From Candidatus Saccharimonadia bacterium (GTDB lineage: Bacteria; Patescibacteriota; SICC01): DNA of 64,000 bases. The stretch lies in NCBI GenBank assembly GCA_025449535.1, contig JANWJF010000001.1:4279-68278 (forward strand), given 5' to 3'. Within the stretch, counting starts at the first letter, position 1; every line of letters begins with the position of its first letter. The translations under genes and the position numbers were made by a program. Of this stretch, positions 63,461-64,000 are shown one piece after another. Under the pieces are notes generated by a model. That model was not told the DNA's origin and did no database searches. It worked only from the letters and a program-made list of their open reading frames with translations.

Positions 63461-63521
63461 CAATCCAAAGATACCATACTCGGTTGATACGACGGGTCTC
63501 TGGGCACTAGAATATACGGTT

Positions 63522-64000
63522 ATGAGCCTGACCGTAGAACAGCTGGAAGCCGTCGCTGCCGAAGCGGTGCCGGACATGGAACAGGAGCTCGGCAAGGTCC
63601 GCGGGTTCACGGAAACCGACCCAGAGCTGCGCCTGCGCATCTACGGCGGCTGCACTATCGCCTCGGAAACGTTCCGGCAGCTCCTGACCGCCGAAGGGGC
63701 GGGTGGCGGCCTGATGCGCCGCGACTTGCCCGAACCGCTCCACGGCGAACACGTGCTCCTGACGGTCGACACCGATGACGGGTTGGCGGTACTGGACGGC
63801 ACGTACGCCCAGTTACTCGAACCGTTCGGACCGTCCTGGCGGGAGGCTACGGAAGGCGTGCCGGTGACGTTCCCGGACGCGCGGGTACTCGCCTTCCGGG
63901 ACGGGGAACAGGAATCGGTCGCGGAATGGGCGGTGGAGGTCGCGGCGATGCACGATCCGCATGTCGACCGCGCGGCCGCGTACGACTTCTTCCGCGGTAT
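63522..64000 (+). CDS. Hypothetical protein with possible papain/transglutaminase-like Cys-His-Asp triad, 3'-partial
   Basis: TAGAAT 8 nt before the ATG; frame open to the window end; YGGCTIAS, GEHVLL, VLDGTYAQ. Confidence 0.7.
   Translation, partial: MSLTVEQLEAVAAEAVPDMEQELGKVRGFTETDPELRLRIYGGCTIASETFRQLLTAEGAGGGLMRRDLPEPLHGEHVLLTVDTDDGLAVLDGTYAQLLEPFGPSWREATEGVPVTFPDARVLAFRDGEQESVAEWAVEVAAMHDPHVDRAAAYDFFRG

Overview
High-GC, gene-dense bacterial chromosome segment using genetic code 11. Gene content and streamlining suggest a Patescibacteria/CPR-like organism (inference): tsf-frr with no pyrH, uppS-rseP with no cdsA/dxr, short EF-Ts/IF2, class I LysRS, archaeal-type ProRS, type-2 IleRS. 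Most of the window is housekeeping: translation, Sec, cell division and shape, parAB, nrdR-nrdJ and Rel. The notable signals are regulatory. (1) A ribosome-dependent attenuator with a leaderless 21-aa leader peptide carrying four Leu codons, plus antiterminator and terminator, lies upstream of an unknown basic 62-aa protein (63129-63476, minus). (2) A cobalamin riboswitch and terminator sit directly behind the B12-dependent nrdJ and in front of an unknown ORF. (3) An actinobacterial-type ultrashort-stem-I Ile T-box precedes ileS. (4) About 15 genes show a leaderless architecture, with a -10-like hexamer 6-9 nt before the start codon. (5) A lower-GC island at the proS 3' end carries an orphan proB bracketed by a duplicated proS tail. 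All calls were made by eye; no database searches were run.
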